Below are positions 58,949 through 64,000 of a stretch of DNA of 64,000 bases, in pieces (within the stretch, counting starts at the first letter, position 1; each line of letters begins with the position of its first letter). Source of the DNA: Bacteroidia bacterium (GTDB lineage: Bacteria; Bacteroidota; Bacteroidia; UKL13-3); assembly GCA_041675505.1 (NCBI GenBank), contig JBAYTR010000010.1:67895-131894 (forward strand), written 5' to 3'. Both the position numbers and the translations under genes were made by a program. A model generated the notes under the pieces. That model worked only from the letters and a program-made list of their open reading frames with translations. It was not told where the DNA came from and made no database searches.

Positions 58949-60301
58949 TTATTTTGATAGCTTAATATTTTCATCACCCGGCTGATAGGGTAAATACGTC
59001 ACAATCAACTGAAACATTTCATCGGTGGTGCGCATACTGCCTTCGCGGTCGCGCACTATGCGGGGCGGGCTGAACGGGTTGTTCGGGTTATCTTTTGTGT
59101 TATCAAATACTCCTTCTGCCACCAGTGTGCTGCCTGCCGGTATCTTAAGCATTTTGGGAAAAGTGTAAAAATACTGCCAGCGGAAATCCCATTTTTTTAA
59201 CCGCACCAGCCGGATGGTATCGCCTTGCGGGGTTAAGGCGTATGCCAGAAATGATTTGCCCAACAAATGCATGTGCGGGTTAACGGTAAGCACAGAAATG
59301 TCCTGCGGAACGGTATAGCGGGTCACATACGTTTTTATCACATCAGGCGGAATAACCAGTGGCGGTTCAATAGGAGATACCCCCAGCGTACCCATCTGAA
59401 ATTCCTGTAGCGGTCTTTGAGGCGGGCCTGGTGCAAAGAATACATTGAAGTACGATTGGTCGGAGTCGTGAATAGCCGAGGGGCCGTAATGCACATCGTT
59501 GAGGTACAGCGCACCTTTTTTGCTGATGCGCCAACCGCCAATACCATCAGGATATTGAGCGGGCTCTACACCGGGTAAATAATTGCTTACCGAAGGACTC
59601 ATAAGCGGATAGGTGCCGTCATCATTCAGTAAATCCAACATGCGGTGAATAACACGACTATCGTACGCTTCTGTGTTCACAGCCATTTCACCGGCATGTA
59701 TGTTTTGTTTTCCGTTGTCCGTGTAAGTGATGAGGTGACCGTTCATGTGATGCAGCAAACGTTTGTTACCGGGCACAAATTCAAACATTCGCACAAACGT
59801 ATCAAAGGGCAGCTCAAACGGCAGTTTCATTACCCTGAAATGGTCAGTATTGTTTCCTTCAATCTGAAATGTTTTTGGCATTTTAATCACCATATCCGGT
59901 TTTCCGAAAGAGGATCCTGAAGGATAAACAGGTGGTGGAGGGACCTTTGGCAAGTCACCCGGTTTTGCTCCGTTCTCCGCCCACTGCGCCAAAAGTTCAA
60001 TCTCTTCATTGCTCAATACTTTTTCGCCCACAAAATGAACGTACTCCGGGTCGGCCGGCCAGGGCGGCATAAAGCGCGTGGTGGTAACCTGCCGAATTAG
60101 TTTAGCCCGTTTCGATACGTCTTCAAATGTCATTAAAGGAAACGGTCCGGCCTCACCACTGCGGTGACAAGGTGTGCAGTTTTCATACACAATGGGCGCA
60201 ATGTGCTCGGCAAAGTTTACCTCTTCGGGCAACGGTTTTTTCTTACCGCAGGCAAAAAGAAAGAGTGATGCAAGAAGGGTGAATGCAAAAGAAAAGCGCA
60301 T
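58949..60301 (-). CDS. cytochrome c domain fused to a copper type II ascorbate-dependent monooxygenase-like (PHM/DBH-like) domain
   Basis: CTPCH heme-binding motif near the N-terminus. HHMNGH...(CuH-like) and HMHLLG (H-x-H CuM-like) histidine clusters. Start set at the internal Met MRFSFAFTLL with a lipoprotein-like leader. Confidence 0.5.
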   Translation of the reverse strand: MRFSFAFTLLASLFLFACGKKKPLPEEVNFAEHIAPIVYENCTPCHRSGEAGPFPLMTFEDVSKRAKLIRQVTTTRFMPPWPADPEYVHFVGEKVLSNEEIELLAQWAENGAKPGDLPKVPPPPVYPSGSSFGKPDMVIKMPKTFQIEGNNTDHFRVMKLPFELPFDTFVRMFEFVPGNKRLLHHMNGHLITYTDNGKQNIHAGEMAVNTEAYDSRVIHRMLDLLNDDGTYPLMSPSVSNYLPGVEPAQYPDGIGGWRISKKGALYLNDVHYGPSAIHDSDQSYFNVFFAPGPPQRPLQEFQMGTLGVSPIEPPLVIPPDVIKTYVTRYTVPQDISVLTVNPHMHLLGKSFLAYALTPQGDTIRLVRLKKWDFRWQYFYTFPKMLKIPAGSTLVAEGVFDNTKDNPNNPFSPPRIVRDREGSMRTTDEMFQLIVTYLPYQPGDENIKLSK

Positions 60302-60362
60302 GGGCAAATATAGTGTTCTGTACTCTTTGTGAAAACCTTCAACCACAGCTTGGGTGAATACA

Positions 60363-60980
60363 CTACTCAATAAAACACCCGATAGCCTTGGTCTTTTTCA
60401 CTTTGATAGCTTTTCCGTTGCTGATGGCGGTGAGCACATCGAGTAATTCACGCTGGGTGATTACCCGCCTTTTTTTGCCCAGTTCATAGGCCCAGTTATC
60501 AATGCGTCCCCGATAAACGGTTGCTCCTTTTTCATTCACCACCACTACCTCAGGGGTAATGCTGGCTCCGGTGTATCGGGTTACTTTTTGTTCACTGTCG
60601 CGCAACAGGGGCATGGTAATTTTATACTGTTTAGCAAAAGCATTTACGTCTGTATCAGAAAAAGATTTATCGGGCACCAGGCCATAAAAATGAATGTTGT
60701 TGTTGGCAAACTTTTGCTGCAATTCATTCAGGGTAAGGGAATAACTCTGGCACAGCGGGCACTCAGGCGAAAGAAAAACCAAAACAGATGCCTTGTTCTT
60801 TTTGAGTTGCGAAAAAGCGAAATCCTTGTTAAAAGAATCTTTAAGTGTAAACGAAAAAATATCAGCAGTAACAAAAGCAAAACAGAACACAACGGTGGTA
60901 AGCAATGCTCCACACCGCAGTAGTTTTTTCTGTCGGCTGAAAAAACTATTCTCCTTTAAAAGCAGGTTTACGTTTTTCAT
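60363..60980 (-). CDS. thioredoxin-fold redoxin (TlpA/AhpC-TSA-like)
   Basis: ...VLVFLSPECPLCQSY... CxxC motif in thioredoxin-fold context. N-terminal TM anchor. Immediately upstream of the Cu monooxygenase gene. Confidence 0.7.
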   Translation of the reverse strand: MKNVNLLLKENSFFSRQKKLLRCGALLTTVVFCFAFVTADIFSFTLKDSFNKDFAFSQLKKNKASVLVFLSPECPLCQSYSLTLNELQQKFANNNIHFYGLVPDKSFSDTDVNAFAKQYKITMPLLRDSEQKVTRYTGASITPEVVVVNEKGATVYRGRIDNWAYELGKKRRVITQRELLDVLTAISNGKAIKVKKTKAIGCFIE

Positions 60981-61728
60981 TGAATGAGGCTACTCCTTCT
61001 TTGTAGTCGGTTGTGTTGCCTGCAATACCCTGGCAGTACATTTCGTATTCAAGCATGGTATCCAAATCGCTTTGGAAAGATTTGTTGAGCATTTTTTTCA
61101 TCAATGCAATGGCTTTGGTGGGAGCATTGGCGTAGTACTCGGTTACTTTCGCTACTTCTGCGTCCAGGTCTTCAGCTTTTACCACACGGTTCAACATACC
61201 CCATTCCAGGGCTTGCTGCGCGCTTACCTTGTTGCCCATGGTAGACATTTCAAATGCACGAGCCGAACCCACCAAACGCGGCAGGAAATAGGAAGAACCC
61301 GAATCAAGCACCAGCCCTACGTTAATGAATACTTCAATGAGTGAAGCATTTTCAGCAGCCACAATAAAATCAGAGGCCAGTGCCAATGAACAGCCGGCCC
61401 CGGCAGCTACTCCGTTTAAACGGCAAATGATGGGCTTGGGCATGTTGCGCATGGCGCGGATGATGGGGTTGTATCTTTTCAGTAACGAATCGGCCAGGGA
61501 ACGTTTTTCAGCACCGGCAATGGCTTTCAAATCCTGACCCGAGCAAAAGGCTTTGCCGGCTCCGGTGAGTACTACCACCCGCACATCTTTATCGCGCTCT
61601 GCTTTCTTTAAAGCATCCTGCAAATCATAACTCTGCTGGTCGTTGAAGGCATTGAATGAATCGGGGCGATTCAGGGTAATGGTGCAAACGCGGTTAGTAA
61701 CGTCAAATAATAAGGTTTCGTAACTCAT
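60946..61728 (-). CDS. enoyl-CoA hydratase/isomerase family protein
   Basis: ...VVVLTGAGKAFCSGQDLK... and ...RLNGVAAGAGCSLALASDF... crotonase fold motifs. Confidence 0.85.
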   Translation of the reverse strand: MSYETLLFDVTNRVCTITLNRPDSFNAFNDQQSYDLQDALKKAERDKDVRVVVLTGAGKAFCSGQDLKAIAGAEKRSLADSLLKRYNPIIRAMRNMPKPIICRLNGVAAGAGCSLALASDFIVAAENASLIEVFINVGLVLDSGSSYFLPRLVGSARAFEMSTMGNKVSAQQALEWGMLNRVVKAEDLDAEVAKVTEYYANAPTKAIALMKKMLNKSFQSDLDTMLEYEMYCQGIAGNTTDYKEGVASFNEKRKPAFKGE

Positions 61729-61957
61729 GGAATTAATTTTTACGGCTCAAAAATACAAAAAGGAAAGAGGTTCCTGCACAAATTATCTGTCTCTCATTTT
61801 TGTTCGTGTTGACTGTGCCATGTTTCGTGTCATCACGAAACATTTTCTATGATTTGTGTGTGCAGTCTTGCGTTGCGGGCCGAGGGGCTATCACCCCTCG
61901 CATTAATTAGTGCGCCCTTTCAGGGCTGGTGGATGCAAAAGAGTGTTCACACTAAAA

Positions 61958-63220
61958 CTAGTGCGTGCGTTTCATGCGCACTTCGTTAATGCGGGTATGG
62001 TATACGGAGATGATGGTGAACTCGTATTTACCAATCTGAATTTTTTCGTCTTTGAGCGGCAGGCTTTCGTGGTGTTCAATAATAAATCCGCCCAGGGTAC
62101 TGTATTCGCCTTCGGGGATATTCAAATCGTATTCGCGGTTGATGTAATCAATTTCTAAACGGGCAGAAAAAACAAATTCAGTATCGCTTATTTTTTGCTC
62201 GGTAAGTTGCTCCACATCGTACTCGTCTTCTATCTCACCAAAAATCTCTTCCATAATGTCTTCGTTGGTCACAATGCCGGCTGTTCCGCCAAACTCATCT
62301 ACTACCAGTGCCAGACTTTTTTTGTTGTTGGAGAATAATTTGAGCAATTCATTTGCCTGCATGGTTTCAGTTGCTATGATGGGCGAAATCATGATGGACC
62401 TAATGTTTTTGGGCTTTTTAAATACCTCTACCTGGTGCACATATCCGATAATGTTGTCGATAGAATCATGGTAAATAAGAATTTTGGAGTGACCTGACTC
62501 CAGAAATTTCGCATACAAATTTTCAATGGTATCGGTTACCTCAATGGCCACCAATTCAGTACGTGGAACCATGCACTCGCGAACTTTTACGTTGGCAAAA
62601 TCGAGCGCATTTTTAAACATTTCTGTATCAATGTCAGCGTCTTCATCCAAATCAAGTTTTGCACTTTCATTGATGTAGTTGTCCAAATCTATTTTACTGA
62701 AAACGGGTGTGCTTTCTGAAAACTCCAGCCGGAATATTTTAACGAAAATAAACTTGGAGAGGTAAACGATAAAATGCACAATGGGCCACAACAGATAATA
62801 AAAAATCATGAAGGGCAGGGTAAGCATAAACAACACCACATCAGGATTGATGCGGAACAGCGCTTTAGGAATAAACTCAGCAAACAGGAGCACGATAGCC
62901 GTTGAAACTATTGTGGTGCAAAAGAGCACCAAAAATTCATTGTCCTGTTCATACGGCAAATATTCGCGCATAACGGGCGATACGGCACCGTCCATGTACA
63001 AACTGTAAATTACCAGTGCAATGTTATTGCCTATAAGCGTAGTGCTGATAAACTTGGAAGGTTCTTTTACAAACTGGGAGAGTATTTTAGCGGTGTAACT
63101 TCCCTGCTTACTTTTAAGTTCAATGCGCAACTTGCTGGCCGTAATAAATGCAATCTCAATCCCGGAGAAAAATGCCGATAAGAGCATGGCCACAAGAATG
63201 ATATATAAGGAGTGGTCCAT
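61958..63220 (-). CDS. hemolysin/CNNM family protein (DUF21 + CBS pair + CorC_HlyC); GldE-like in Bacteroidota
   Basis: Four N-terminal TM helices, CBS region, C-terminal transporter-associated domain. 420 aa. Confidence 0.8.
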   Translation of the reverse strand: MDHSLYIILVAMLLSAFFSGIEIAFITASKLRIELKSKQGSYTAKILSQFVKEPSKFISTTLIGNNIALVIYSLYMDGAVSPVMREYLPYEQDNEFLVLFCTTIVSTAIVLLFAEFIPKALFRINPDVVLFMLTLPFMIFYYLLWPIVHFIVYLSKFIFVKIFRLEFSESTPVFSKIDLDNYINESAKLDLDEDADIDTEMFKNALDFANVKVRECMVPRTELVAIEVTDTIENLYAKFLESGHSKILIYHDSIDNIIGYVHQVEVFKKPKNIRSIMISPIIATETMQANELLKLFSNNKKSLALVVDEFGGTAGIVTNEDIMEEIFGEIEDEYDVEQLTEQKISDTEFVFSARLEIDYINREYDLNIPEGEYSTLGGFIIEHHESLPLKDEKIQIGKYEFTIISVYHTRINEVRMKRTH

Positions 63221-63372
63221 GTTAGCTGATTAAGTTTTTTTTGTATTTCCAAAGCAACACACACACGGCACTCAGCACAAAAAAGGTATATGCCTTTCCG
63301 TAAATAAATCCATCAGTAAGTGTAACCACAATACCGGTGAGTAAAGCAGCAATTGCCAGCATGAGCCACATT

Positions 63373-63942
63373 TTATTTACCCACTGCCCCATTGCCGTCC
63401 TCCATTCTGATTGTTCCGCTCAACTTGAATATTTTGTACTTCGAAAAATCTTCGTTTGATTCAAAGCCGTACCCGTATAATATTTCATCTGCTGTATGTA
63501 TGGTTACGTACTTATCTGAATGAATTTTCTTTCGCTGTTCGTCCCAAATTATTTCTTCGGTGTTTAATCGTTCACCTTTGGTGTTCACCAACACCACACT
63601 GTCACGAGCAATCATCTTTTTTTCATGCTCATACCTGATGGCATATTTGGCTTTGAGAAAATTTTCCACCACCTGATCTTTGTTGTAAAAGTAGCAGGTA
63701 ATCCCTTTAGTCATTTCAGTATACGGTTTTTCATCCTGGTAACGCTCAATGAGTGGTGCGAACATTTTTGCTTTAATAATGCCGGAGTCGGTATAAAGCA
63801 TTTCTACGTTAACACCTTTTTCTACAGGAAACTTAGTGGGTTCAGCGAGCAGCTTCACTTTTTCAATATCGTTTTTACACCCTGCGTGTACTAAAGTGCC
63901 TACCAAAAGTGCCAACAAAAAAGAAGGATAAAACCTACCCAT
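63373..63942 (-). CDS. LptC/OstA-like periplasmic protein candidate, membrane- or lipid-anchored
   Basis: Leader ...LLALLVGTLVHAGC. C-terminal ...EEIIWDEQRKKIHSDKYVTIHTADEILYGYGFESNEDFSKYKIF... resembles the LptC C-terminal beta-jellyroll consensus. The gene sits directly upstream of the CorC-like gene. Confidence 0.4.
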   Translation of the reverse strand: MGRFYPSFLLALLVGTLVHAGCKNDIEKVKLLAEPTKFPVEKGVNVEMLYTDSGIIKAKMFAPLIERYQDEKPYTEMTKGITCYFYNKDQVVENFLKAKYAIRYEHEKKMIARDSVVLVNTKGERLNTEEIIWDEQRKKIHSDKYVTIHTADEILYGYGFESNEDFSKYKIFKLSGTIRMEDGNGAVGK

Positions 63943-64000
63943 AATTTTACGAAAGGTACGAAAATCAATCAATTTTAATGCGGTTGAACCATTTTTCACC

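Noticed and set aside
1-64000. Search for CRISPR arrays, tRNA/rRNA genes, transposases/integrases and obvious toxin-antitoxin pairs
   Set aside because: None of these was found. No regularly spaced 25-40-bp repeats. No GGTTCGAATCC-type T-arm motifs in the intergenic gaps. No DDE or tyrosine-recombinase signatures in any ORF. The 12906-13100 micro-ORF was considered as an antitoxin but has no partner gene.

Overview
This 64-kb window reads as Bacteroidota chromosome. The evidence is T9SS C-terminal sorting domains, DUF4270 and DUF5686-type proteins, an S46 DPP7-like peptidase, lipoprotein-rich secretome genes, AT-rich starts with weak SD and TAnnTTTG-like -7 boxes. Gene density is high on both strands. 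Recognisable housekeeping genes include panC, aroG/F-type DAHP synthase, glmS, metK, menD, tatC, an IscA/HesB protein, a cyclophilin PPIase, methylmalonyl-CoA epimerase, enoyl-CoA hydratase, a CorC/GldE-type hemolysin and an M1 aminopeptidase, plus the S46 peptidase already mentioned. Accessory-looking content includes a TonB-dependent receptor next to a 1453-aa Calx-beta/T9SS giant protein, and a cytochrome c-copper monooxygenase with a thioredoxin partner. The most unusual stretch is a visibly AT-richer block of about 9.5 kb (14.4-23.9 kb). It is a tightly coupled minus-strand eight-gene operon: an AsnB-family amidotransferase, an unrecognised 267-aa enzyme-like protein, a NitT/TauT-type ABC importer (ATPase, permease, lipoprotein SBP), a second SBP-like domain fused to C-terminal transmembrane helices, and two unknown proteins, one of them membrane-anchored. 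It ends at a clean terminator and is preceded by a 736-bp non-coding region carrying tandem paralogous elements. I read it as a horizontally acquired, undescribed transport/biosynthesis or sensing module. Further observations are a 25-bp direct repeat that duplicates the 3' end of a yjbR-like gene and brackets a 434-bp insert, a duplicated 57-bp promoter/operator-like element before two adjacent genes, and a SAM-II-like riboswitch candidate upstream of metK. No rRNA, tRNA, CRISPR array, transposase or integrase was seen. All coordinates come from reading the text by eye and may be off by a base or two. Nothing here was searched against a database.
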